A stretch of DNA of 64,000 nucleotides from Podarcis melisellensis (Eukaryota), in assembly GCA_964234715.1 (NCBI GenBank), contig OZ174276.1. One strand, given 5' to 3'. The number at the start of each line of letters is the position of its first letter. Within the stretch, counting starts at the first letter, position 1. The translations under genes and the position numbers were made by a program. Under the pieces are notes generated by a model that ran no database searches, was not told the origin of the DNA, and saw only the letters and a list, made by a program, of their open reading frames with translations. Positions 26,547 to 38,613 of the stretch are shown here, one piece after another.

Positions 26547-27005
26547 CTGTGTTTCTTAACCAGGGGCCCTATAGCCCCCTGGGGGGCCCCAGGATATTCC
26601 AAGGGGGCCACAGGTGAAAATTGCATAAATAGGGAGCCACAGCACGAGACTAGGGGGCCGCAAACGAAAGTAAGAAGCGAAGAAAACTTAGAAGTGACTA
26701 AGAAAAGAAAACAGAAAAAAAGTTTTATTTTTTCAGAGGCAAAGGAGATTATCACAGGGTTTCTTGGAAAAGTCAAGCTGTAGGCACCAATATAGGATGT
26801 TGAGAAAACACAGTTTTCCTCTTTGGCAGCAGTTAGTGATTAATCGAAAGATGATGAAATAACTGTGTATGTGAATCATTTGAAGCAGCTTTATGATATG
26901 ATATGAAAGTTCATTTCCGTGATCTGCTGGACATGGATTTTCCAGCCTGGGCAGTCAATCCATTTGTTGTGAATACTGCTGACGTTGATGTTTCTTTGCA
27001 AAATG
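26547..27005 (+). mobile_element. hAT Charlie/Buster-type element with transposase relic
   Basis: Left end ctgtgtttcttaacc (Charlie-like). Decayed peptides AKEIITGFLGKVKL*, DDEITVYVNHLKQLYD and MKVHFRDLLDMDFPAWAVNPF...DVSLQ resemble the Buster/Charlie transposase C-terminal region. Confidence 0.65.
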
Positions 27006-29732
27006 AATATTAAAGTGAAAGTGAAGAGGGTCAGATGTCTCTGGAATATTTTGGGGTTGTTCAAAACAACAATAATAGAAGCTCAGCAGGAATCTATACT
27101 TCAGGTCAGGAAAAGGTAACACCGGGGCCAAGAGGATGCCAGTGTGGTTAATGAGTCAAGGCAGCTATTAGAGGCTACTAGAAGAAGTCTTCCTTCATAA
27201 ATTTTGCACCCCAAAAAACAGCAACAGTCCTGCAGTTGTCAAAGGTTTGGCTGAAGACAGAACTCCTGGAGCACCACCAAGGAATCTGAATGAGATAAGA
27301 GCACCATCACACACCCTCAGTGTGTTCTCTCACAGCTGCCGGAGTATCTGCCTTTCTGTTCCCAAGGGAAGGGAGAAAAAGAGCCAGACCAAGCAGTGAA
27401 AACCCTGAGCATGCATCCAGCTGCCCACACTGCGATAGTCACTGACACATGGGAAGCAATCTTGGCCCTGATTTCATAAAAGAGGCCCAACGTTGTCTGC
27501 AGAGGATAAACATAGTGATGGAAATAACTATGCGTGACACACTAATTTGATGCCTCCACTTGCCCAGAAATACTTTCTCATGAACTATAGCCGCAGAAGG
27601 CTAATATATAGCCCTCAGGCTGGAAAAAAATTCCCCGCCCCTGATACAAAGTGAGATCTATAGCTCCCCACAGACTTTGAAGGAGGAACGAGGCCAGCAA
27701 AACTGCATATGGCAAGGTATGTAGGGGAAGCATGTGGCCCTTCGACTCCCATCAGCCCCAACCAACATAGCCAATGGTCAGAGATGGTGGAAGTTGTAGC
27801 CCAGCAACATCTAGAGGAACACAGGTTAGACACCTCTGCTTTACAGTAGGCATGAAGAACCTCCTATGGGCTAAGTTAGGACAGGCAGAGGTCATAAATT
27901 ACCTGCTAAGCTATTTTCCATGGGCCATGCCCACAACTGAAGTCAGGTATGGAGATGCAGCTGCAAAAGGACAATTAGGAGCCTTAAAGTGTGCTCCTGG
28001 TTGTTGCTTGGCAAGTCCCTCTGGGATTAGCTGTGCTAGGGACTTCCCACTCAGGAACTCCCTATTGCACCCCATCGTGGCCAAATGCAGGGTTTGCTGT
28101 CAGCGCCAATGAACTATTCAGCACTGGCATCAAGCCCCACTGGGATCAGCAGCATTAGGGACTTCCTGATCAGGAGGAGCTCCCAAGTGCAGTTTATCCC
28201 TGCATCAAGCCCTGCTGTCAGCTGGGATTTTCCTAAAAGTCCAAGCAGGCTGCATTCACAGTATGGTTTATTGATCCAAGGTTCTTGGCTTACTGGTATG
28301 TAAGGGCATGGCATTAACACTGATCTTTTTAGAAGGATGAGTTAAAAGGCCCTCTAGTCCAACTCTCTAATGCAAGGTACAACTTTCCATTCAGCATGCC
28401 TCTAGCAGAGAGCATGGGCGCCATCATGGAAAGGTGCTTATAGAAAGTTGATTCATGGAAGCAAGCCAAGCCCAGGGAAGATAATTCCCTTATCCCCTGC
28501 CCTGAGTTAATATCAACCTGCTGTGAAGTAAGTGCCTTCCTGGTTCCAAATACAGTACAGTACTCAGTAAGAAGCTGCACTGGAGCCAATCTTCCCAAGG
28601 GGAAATGCCATTAGCAGCATCCTGTGTGCACGACTCACCATCCTGTCCCAAGCAGAGGGTGGGTGGAGCAGGCAGGGAAAGGGAAAAGCCAAGAGGTGGA
28701 GTGGCAGGAATCCATCCTCATCTCAGTATCAGCTGAGATCTCAGTGGGTGCAGAACCAGTACCAAGTCCTTCAGAAAATGTTTTGAATCAAGCAAGCTTC
28801 TTCATTCTAGCAGTTCCAGGGAGACCATGCCAGAATTTCATGACTTTTTAACTATCAAGTTAAAAACCTTCCCATTTCTAACCTAAGGTTATGAAGGTCC
28901 AGTTTGTATCCCTTAGTTATGGAACCAACAGCTGCCTTACACCTCAATATATAATTTATATATTTGTAGGAAACTACTCTTTCTCAGCTGTCTCTTTGAA
29001 AATAAAAAGACCAAACACTGGCTGAACACAGACTATACTTTTGAAGCATATTTGAAGAATACCCCCCTCAGCAAAGAATTCTGGGCACCCAAACACATGG
29101 CTTGTACTAGGGGTACCCATATAAGATCTGGATTTGTTACACAATTTGTATAGCTGCACCACACTGACAGCTCATAGCCATATTGCAATCAACCAATAGC
29201 CTAAAATCCCTTTCCTGCTCATTTACTTCCAAATGATGAGCCCCTGGCAGAGAACAAACATGCTTATTGTTTGTCCTAAAATGCCTGATGACCTTATGCT
29301 TTGGTACTATAGCGTTTCATTCCATTTCAATTGCTCCAGCTCATGAGGTCATTCAATTCAACCCACATAATTTCCTGATTCTTCTCTGCATTAACAATAC
29401 CTCATAGCTGGTTGTTATCGTCCAAGTTTCATCAGCACTCTTCTTCATCTCCTTTGCTAGGTCACCAATCAAAATGTTTAATTAAAGTGGCTATAAGAGT
29501 GATCCAAGAGGGACTCTCTGTGGGTTATATTACACTAGGAAGTTAGCTCCAAATACCTCAGTTGAATGGATCCCAAAAACTATTTCAAATGTGACCTTTG
29601 GGCCTACTTTTCATAATGTGGCTGGAAATCAGTCAGAGATCACTGAACTGCCTCTGTGTGTTGGTTTCACATATTCACACAAGCTTGTTTATACAAAGGT
29701 CAGTTCCCAACATGCAGGATTTGTCTTGACAG

Positions 29733-30062
29733 CAGAAGTGGGGAATGTTTTTCAGCTTTTGGGGTGCATTCATTTGTGGGCAAATTTCCAGGGCCACATT
29801 GTGGTTGGGGCCAGAGACAAAAGTGGGCAGAGTGGGTGTGACAATAGTGTGCATTCGACCCCCACAAAAGTCGTAGGCTTCTGCACACCTCTCTCCATGC
29901 AAGCAAGAGGTATTTTTACAAGGACACTTTCCATTCACACAGAAGCACTTGAGGAGGGGACAGGGTGAGGGGTGTGGCTTAGAGAGGGTGTGCAGTCTTA
30001 GGAGAGCCTAAGGGCCAGATTAAGATACATTTGGCCCCTGGGCCTCAGGTTACCCATCCGTG
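29733..30062 (+). mobile_element. Decayed hAT-like MITE, same family as 61173-61539
   Basis: Shared blocks ggggccagagacaaa, tgaggggtgtggc and catttgg, with a ggtt.ccca.cc.tg end. Confidence 0.6.
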
Positions 30063-30529
30063 GTCTACAGTCTACACCATTATCACTCATTATTCCAAGA
30101 GCTTGTAGTGGCCTAGAGACAAACTACGTAGTAGGTAGTAGTCTTTATGGTTAAAAGTTTCAAGCAACAGGATAGCAAGGGAGTCATAGCATGAGAAGTG
30201 CTTTTTACTGCCCCTTTTAGTCTCAATTCCATTCACCATTTAAGAAAGTATGGATTTCCATTATGAAAACTACTGTTCGTCAGAGGCTAACTCTGGTTTT
30301 TTTTCCTATTTTGTACTCAGGAATTACAATGGTCTCTCATCAAATCTGAAACACACGTGTATGTAAAATTAAGTCCATGCCCTTTAGAATTCTGAAAAGT
30401 GGTTAGTGGGAAATATTGAGTCTCCCCTTCCAAGTATTTTAAAGATACCCGTGGCAAATTTTGTACTGCATCTCTACCCTCCGCACTTGAAGTTTTGTTT
30501 CTAGGTTTCCATACCAAAATACTTTAAAA

Positions 30530-30746
30530 ATTTATTTATGACATTTACATCCCACCTTTTTTCTAAGCAGCCGAGTGTGATGTAAAATAGTCCTCCCCTC
30601 TCCATTTTTATCCTTACAACAAACCTGAGGAGTAAATTAGGCTGCAAAGCAGGGGTTGTCTGAAGGTCACCCAGTGAGCTACATGGATGAGTGGGGATTT
30701 GAACCCATGGCTCCCATATTCTAGTCTGACACTCTAACCACAACAC
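30530..30746 (-). mobile_element. MIR/CORE-like tRNA-derived SINE
   Basis: B-box GGTTCAAATCC on the minus strand and CORE-like body (aaggtcacccag; cctccattttta). Related fragments near 9150, 37600 and 46350. Confidence 0.65.
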
Positions 30747-32458
30747 GTACTGGCGACTTAGAGAGCACAGTTTGTATCACATAAAATGGTCACTGTGATC
30801 CATCTTTTCTTGCCCAGAATCACTAAATACATGCAAATGATCCAAACACATACCAGAAATTTTGGTTTGCACAATCAAAGTGGGTTGAAGTGCTCTGTCA
30901 ACCTATCACAGCAAATCCACTTTAAAAACAAAAACGGACTTTTTGTGGTAAGGAAAGCAAAATGCAGTGAAAAGCACATCATCTTATAACCTCCCCACTA
31001 TCAGATCAGAATGTTCAGTAAAGGCTGTACATCACCTAACCACCATGTAAGTTCTGTGCAAATCATAATAAGTGCTCAATAAACAGGTCATCTGGAGGAA
31101 CACAATGATTCAGGATCATCGTCATCTGTCAACCTACTATATCCTACAGCATGGCTTGCAGTTTCTCACTTTGTCCAGACGATGGCAGAACGAGACACTG
31201 GTATCCAACTTATTTACTGCTTGACTCTCCCCACCACCTCCACCACTGTATTTCTTACATGAAGTGCTGCTGTATGAAACGTCCAATGGACACTTCAAAC
31301 ACAGTTATTTGCATCACAGGTATCACATTTGTGCGAGAAATCCTCATGTGATATTTGGGGTGTCTGCCCATAGCCTGCATGCGTTAGGAAGCAGAAACCA
31401 ATCACAGTTTCCTGGTGTGTACCTGTGGAGGAGCAAACACATTTTGTTCATCACAGATGAGTGTTCACGTGGTCTATGTGTGGATTTTAAGAGGAGTGAG
31501 CTCCCCATAGGAAGTGAGCGGGGTGGGGGTGGAGCTAAATAAAAGGCCTTTCAAGCAGAAAAAGACCAACCCAGATGTAATTGTGCACCTCCTTACTAGG
31601 GAGTAAAACCAATTCTTCCCAACTGGAACTTGAATACTGTATGAACCACCTGCTGTACCAAGGCACTATAAAGGTGTAAGTCTTTACTGATGGGGCAAAT
31701 CTGTAACTAGGTTCACACATCAAGGTGGGTGGTGGATGGTGAGTGCTGATTGGTTGAGAAAGTTAATGCTTTATTGGTCTGTAACACATTTTGCTGACTG
31801 AGGATATTTCCCACGGATGCCAGCTACATTCCCTTACACTGGGCTGTCCTTCAGAATGCCTTGTGTTTTGTCCTTGGTTCATTTTCTTAGTTGGCTCATT
31901 ATTTTGCCATTGTGTTAACTGTACTTACTGACATACATCTTTAACAAAGCAGAATAAAATCTAATGCTTGTTCTTTAAAGTATCAGACTATAAATCTTGT
32001 TATCTCTGCAGATCAGAAGAAGGGTAGTTCTAGCTTATTTAGCATCAGGCAGCCCCTGGTTCTATCTGTGCCTCCTTTTACACCCATCAATTATTCTATA
32101 GCAAGAAAGATGAACCTGAAGCCCATATGTTGTTGGGCTAAAACTTAAATCATTCCTGATCATTGGCTGTGCTGGCCAGCTGGGGTTGATGCAAATGTGA
32201 CTCTAACAACATCTGGTGGACTATAGGCTCTTCATCTCCATTCTAGATGGAAGAGCCTGAATGTGTGGGGCTATAGCATCAACCACCAGGAGGAACCAGG
32301 ACTATCAACACCTCCATATTTCCTTAAACTATTGCACCTTGGTGTTGCATTTTAACTGTTGAATATTCTCTCTGTGTGAGAGAGAATCATTTGTTTCAGA
32401 AACAGAGAAGAACAGAGGTTTCAAGAAGCAGCAGAAGGCTGAGATAGTTTTGTCTATA

Positions 32459-32717
32459 CAGTGGTACCTCTGGTTGTGAACGGGATCTGTTCCGGAGGCC
32501 CATTCGCAACATGAAAAGCCCGCAACCTGAAGTGCTGTATCTGCGCAGGTGCACAGCGCAATTTGGTCTTGTGTGCATGTGCGAAGCACGATTTAGCATT
32601 TCTGTGCATGCGCGAGCAGTAAAGCCCAGAAGTAACCCTTTCCGGTACTTCCAGGTCACCGTGGGATGCAACCTGAAAAAACGTATAATGACGCAAATGT
32701 AACATGAAGTATGACTG
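32459..32717. mobile_element. Tc1/mariner-type MITE related to family B
   Basis: TA|CAGTGGTACCTCTGGTT...GAAGTATGACTG|TA, with a different internal sequence. Confidence 0.8.
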
Positions 32718-33149
32718 TACAAGGATATTTTCAGCGGGAACTGTTCTTTGGACATGCACAGTGTGACAGGAAGTACTGATAACACTTCTGTGTAACTTTG
32801 TTGTGAGTCTCTTGCTTGCCCCTTGCAGTGAGAGAAGCAGAGAGAGCATCCTGGACTCTTGTTGGGCTCTATGCATGCCTTGACCAAAGCACTGGTGAAT
32901 GTCTGTGCAGTATATATTTGCTACTAATATGCTTTTATGCCTGTCAAGTAAACCTTTACACTTGACTGAATCTTTGTGGCATCCATGAGTGTTTATTGCC
33001 TACTGTGTGTACCTTCAACCCCAAAGACGATTCCAAGGAAGGAGCTGCATTGAGATGTAACTCTGCTGAGTACAGATACTAGCACACACGTGCAGCAAAA
33101 GTGATGCTGGACCCAATCCTTCTAAATCACCCATCAGTGGTTAATGGAT

Positions 33150-33780
33150 TGATTCAACAGGCTGAGATCCTACCTGCCCACAGACTGTCTCTCCAGATTG
33201 GTGCATGCTCAGGTTAACTCCCGCTTGGACTATTGCAATGCTCTCTACATGGGGCTACCTTTGAAGGTTACTCAGAAACTACAACTAATCCAGAATACAG
33301 AAGTTAGACTGGTGATGGGGAGTGGCTGCCAGGACCATATAACACCAGTCCTGAAAGACCTACATTGGTTCCCAGTATGTTTCCAAGCACAATTCAAAAT
33401 GTCGGTGCTGACCTTTGAAGCCCTAAATGGCCTCAGCCCAGTGTCCTGAAGAAGCGTCTCCACCCCATTGTTCAGCCCGGACACTGAGGTCCAGCTTCGA
33501 AGGCCTTCTGCCAGTTCCCTCACTGTGAGAAACGAGATTACAGAGAACCAGGCAGGAGGCCTTCTCAGTAGTGGCGCCTGCCCTGTGGAACACCCTCCCA
33601 TCAGATGTCAAGGAAATAAACTATCTGACTTTTAGAAGACATCTGAAGGCAACCCTGTATCAGAAATTTTTTTATATCTAATGTTTTACAATATTTTATG
33701 TGCTATAAGCCGCCCAGAGTGGCTGGGGAAACCAGCTAGATGGGTGGGGTATAAATAATTTATTATTATTACTATTATTA
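33150..33780 (+). mobile_element. L2 LINE 3' fragment
   Basis: VHAQVNSRLDYCNALYMGLPLKVTQKLQLIQN...HITPVLKDLHWFPV (L2 ORF2 C-terminus), 3'UTR and (TTA)n tail. Confidence 0.9.
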
Positions 33781-35000
33781 ATTTCAGAAGCACTTGGCTA
33801 TTTTATTGGACTTACCCTCTTCTTAAGAAGGCTTTACAGCTGTTGTAGGTGAATTGTTAAAAAGGGGGGCTGGCCCATTAGACTCCACTGTCTTCTCTAA
33901 GATCATACAGCAGCATGGCAAGAGCCTTTTCAGCTAAACAGTGTTGCCCCGTGCATGGTCTCCAGCCCCTGACAAGAAGAAATGCAGTTGCCTCCTCTGC
34001 TCTCTGTTCCTTCATATGATAATTTGAATGGGGATCAAATGTGTTTGTTGCCAAACTTATTTCCTGGCACCCTGGAGGCACCTGCTTGTTATACCTAGCA
34101 GGGTGGGGCTCATTGTGTGGGTGCCCCAAACTGAACCTAACTAGAACTAGCCTGTCCTGCAATTTTCATTGCACCCTGAAATTACGTAAGACACAGTGGA
34201 TAATAGTTTAGGGCTTGGTGTAGTCCACAAAGGTGTCCAGTGTCCAGCCACACACTATGTGGTTATATAATAATGATAACATGAAGATATAGGACAAACA
34301 TCACTGACGTATTAGTCTGAGAAAGGGATGCATCAAAGGAAGCACCAGGGACAGAATTAAGTGCAGGGAGTAAAACATATATCGATCCCTTCTGTCAACA
34401 GAGCTCAATGAACAGCATAGGATCCTTTTTTCAATTCAGCTCCACTGTCCAAGTTAAAACAGCAAACAGAGCTGAACAGATAAAGGCTTGGAACCATACA
34501 TCATTATAAGACTAAGATACTTCCCTCTCAAGGCGGAAGGAACAACCTGTAGCAATTTTATCTCGTAATGGTCAAACTAAACCCATCCTGATGATTTAAA
34601 CTGTTTCAGCTCAGGAAGCTCTGATCCAAGGATGTGACTTATTTCAAATATGGAGACTGTAAATATGGGTCCAGCAATGTTTGCAAATGGTTGGCATGAC
34701 TCTAAATTTAAGGCTTGAAGCCACAGAATGCTCAGAATGAAGTAGTAGAAATTTTGAACAGGGAGAGAACTAGGTTGCATACACAAACATTTTATTCTAG
34801 AATCAATAGTCCACATTTTTTCCCTACATAGTCTACATTTTTGACCCTGAAAAGTGCTCCTTGAGAAAATGGTTTCATTATGAAAATAAAAGTTAATTGT
34901 CCTCACAGTGCGTACATTTGAAAACAGACATAGGTTGCCCGAGCAATGAGAGTTGTATACCTATCACAATTATCACTTCCTTCTTCATTCGTCCAGGCCT

Positions 35001-35139
35001 TAGAATTGTAAAGTTGGAAGGTCCTGAGGGTCATCTAGTCCAACCTTCTGCAGTACAGGAATCTTTTGCCCAACGTGGAACTTGAACCCACAACCATGAG
35101 AATAAGAGTCTCATGCTCTACCAACTGAGCTATCCCAGC
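35001..35139 (-). mobile_element. tRNA-Lys(CTT)-derived SINE with CR1-type 3' tail
   Basis: Head gctgggatagctcagttggtagagcatgagactcttattctcatggttgtgggttcaagttccacgttgggc, joined to ggttggactagatgaccctc...ttccaact...attcta. Isolated CR1-type tails at ~9757-9830, 23115-23163 and 41450-41508. Confidence 0.85.
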
Positions 35140-38100
35140 ATCATCTGCAGGGAGGAAAAGGTGTGAATAACCTGATCAAGTGGAAGGTTTTCAACTGTGA
35201 ATCAAGTAATCACACCAATTCCTATGGGTGGCAGGATCTAGAATCAATCCAGATTGAAAGCAGCATGCTGAGGAGGAACATTAACAATTCCAGATTGAGA
35301 AAAACCTACGTTTTTGAGCTACAAATGGGTTATTGTATAAAGCAGTCTTACATGCTTTCCAAAATTTTTCTGCATCCCCTTCTTTTAGAGCAGAGGTAGG
35401 GAACCAGCAGTCCTCCAGGTTTTTGTTGTACTCCAACTTCCATCAGCCCCAGCATAGCCAACAGTTAAGGATGTTGGGATGTCCAGCAACATCTGAAGGG
35501 CCACAGATTCCCCACTCTTGCATTAGCAGAAGATAGCCTATGCAGACAGAAACTTTGAATACAGAAATATAAAGCCTGTCTCCTATACCAGGCTTGGCCA
35601 AGGGCCTGAACCATCCCAGAAAGCAATTTTGGCAGCCCTCATAAAACTCGCCAAATTATAACTAAGATGTGATTTTTAAAAAAAAACCAAAACATTTAAA
35701 ATCCCTTCAGTTTGGCTCTGAAGAAAAAGAGCATTGCTTTCAAATGATGTGACTCTGAGACTGAAAGAGAGAGAATCCAAACACAAATATTACATCTCTG
35801 CTGGGCTTTTGCATGTAAAGACCCATGCTTGTCCAAGCACATGTTGCTGTCTTGTGGAAGCTCAAACTGATATTTGATGCCAACTTTATTGCGCAGCCTG
35901 AACATATGTAGGGATGTCAGGTTGTGTGGGAAAATATACACCTGCTGCCTGGACCACTTTCTAGAAAACACAGTAGCCGCTGCCCCCTGGCTGAGAATCA
36001 AGAGCTTGGGCCCCTCTATCCTATGCTGAGTCTGGGTGGTAGCATAGGCATGTTTGTCAGATACAGCAAGGATGGTGCAAAGACTCCTTCACGTTTACCT
36101 TGCTCTGCTCATTCACAATAATCTGGATAGACAAGCAGAGCACCCCAGAGCTACGATAAACAGCCATCGGCAACTTTGAATCTCCTTGTCAGAGCTGCCG
36201 TGCCATTGCCATGGGCAAGTTCCCAGTTCCCAGTTGCCCTTACCGAACCAGGAAGCCTGGGACATCTAGAAAAGCCAGTTCTTGCGCTGCCACAAAACCC
36301 TGCTGTGCCGACGCCGTTGCTATGTTTGGCGGTGACTAAGTGAGACCCACTTCTTGTTTCAAGCACTGACGTGTGCTGTGCAAATCTGGAAGTGGTTACA
36401 TTAGGCCACAGCATTCCAGGGTTCCTACTTGGGCCAATGAGCTGTGTGTGTGCCTCAATCTATTATTATATGAAGAATTGCCTGCCTAGCAATACAACGA
36501 TGAGCACAGCACTGGAAAGTACAGTAGCTTATTCAGGCTCAAAAGAGATTCTGATCTGGTGGAATAACTAGCCTGGATTTGTAGTTTCAGCCTCTTCTGA
36601 AACAGAGAAAGAGCCCCAAAATTTGTCCTATCTGGATCAGATCTATCTTATTTTTTCTGTGTGTTTTCATCTAGACATGGAGTTCAGCCCAGCAGTTATT
36701 TGGGAGGAGATTGTGGAACAACAGACTGAGGATGTGGGAGCTCTACTTATTGGAAAAGGATGCACATTTCTCAGACACATATCACCATATGGGCTCAGAG
36801 CTGGCATTAGGCAATCCCAGGCATCACTATTTGTCTCTTTCCAATTTATTTATTTCTCAACATAGGGCAGCAGTATTCAATGAAATAGTTGAGCTAGCAC
36901 AACAGGATTCTCCCCTCTGGTTGTGTGTGCCGTGCACCATCCCCAAATCTGTTTCAGATGGTGGGGGGATTCCCAGAAAACATTTAAAGGGCACACAGTG
37001 GGGAGGAAGGGGAAACTCTTTCATCGCTCTAGGATTTCTACCTGGCTTTTGTCCACTTAAAATTAACCCACTAAACATTAAAGAAAGATATCAAAGAAGC
37101 ATGCAAAGCTCAATATATAAAAATAGCGGTATAAAACTATTAGTACCCGCAGCATTATAATATTATAGTGCAAGTCAGAAGGATGGAATATGGGGTTCAG
37201 CTTCAGCAACCCAATTCAGAGGTTGGAGAAATCTGGGCAGATAAATAAGCCTTTATTTCTACCTGCTGGTACTTAGGAACACCATGCCTCTCTGTGGCTA
37301 TCTCTCTCTCTGTGTGTACATGGATATGATGCATTTAGAAAAACATTATCAGTCCTAAAAAAGGCCCCCAACTTATTTTACAGCACTTAAAATCTCATTA
37401 TAATTAAATCTGGAGAACATTAAAAAGCCACAATTAAACTAGATAAAAGGATCCACAGTTGGCAAGAGTCAAATGTGCTAAAAGATTGGAGGAATAACAA
37501 GGTCTTAACAGTCTGGAAGCGTGTTTGTTTTTTATTGTTTGTTTTGTTTTGTGTTTTGTTTTGTTTGGCTATTCACCTCAGTCACCACCACTGTGGGTGG
37601 ATCTGTATGGGCTGCTTGCCTAAGATCCCTAGCCTGGGACCAAAGAGGCCGAGGTTCAAAACCCCACTCAGCCACAGAGCTCACTGACTAACCTGGGGCC
37701 AAATACTGTCTCACTAACCTGTGGTCTGTGAGCCTAATCAGACCCCGCACAGGTTCCATTTCAGCCCACAAGGCTGTTTCCTGCAAACCACACCCACCTG
37801 CTCCACAACTGACACCATATGTGACATCATATATGTAATTAAAAAATATGGGAGCTTTCCCCCCTCCTTTATCTTCTCCCACCCCCAGAGCATCTCTGAA
37901 AGGGAGACATACAGGTTCCTTCACCCACTTCTGTTTTACCCTCATGCAAGCATTATTGGGTCTGAAGTGTGTTTTTGTCAATGTTGCTATGATACTCGGG
38001 GCAAATAATTTTCACCACACTTTCAGTTTCTTTCCAACATATACGTGTTGCATTTCTCTAAAGAATCTAGGATTTGTTTTATGAATGACAGGCTTCAGTT

Positions 38101-38442
38101 AGCTTACCCTTGTGCAAATGAGCTCCTGTTGGTTTTTAAGATCTTCCACAATTCAGAGTGTGGATGTGGAATGAAATGAATGGGAGGCCTCTGCCCGCTG
38201 TCTCTTTCACTGTGGCCTTGGAAATGACAGCATATATATTGTTTGTTTAAAAGATAACTGTGGTGAAGTGACTTGCCTGAAGCTATTGAGTGAGTCAGTG
38301 GCAGAGTCTGGAAAATGCAGTGGCCGATTGACTGAAGCAGGTTCAGTTTGGCTTGTGTGATGAATTGATTGGTCTACATCAACCATGTAGCCAAGACATA
38401 TGGGTCAAAGGGTACAAGCTGAGTGTTTGTTAATTCAGAGAT

Positions 38443-38613
38443 GGGGGGTTGTAGCTCAGTGTATGCTGTGCAGGAAAAAGATCCCAGTTGTTTCAAGGTA
38501 GGGCTGGGAAAACATATGTCTGAAACTCTGAAGAGCCGCTGCCAGTCAGAGACTACAATATTGAGCTAGGTGGACCAATTATCTGATTTGGTATAAGGCA
38601 GTTTCCTAGGTTC
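38443..38613 (+). mobile_element. Decayed squamate tRNA-derived SINE
   Basis: ggggttgtagctcagtg A-box head; body gagccgctgccagtcag...ggtataaggcagtttcct. Confidence 0.65.

Noticed and set aside
29232-29290. C/D-box snoRNA (ATGATGA...CTGA)
   Set aside because: No terminal stem, no recognisable guide and no host intron.
35068-35139. Functional tRNA-Lys gene
   Set aside because: Stem mismatches and direct fusion to a CR1 tail show it is a SINE head.
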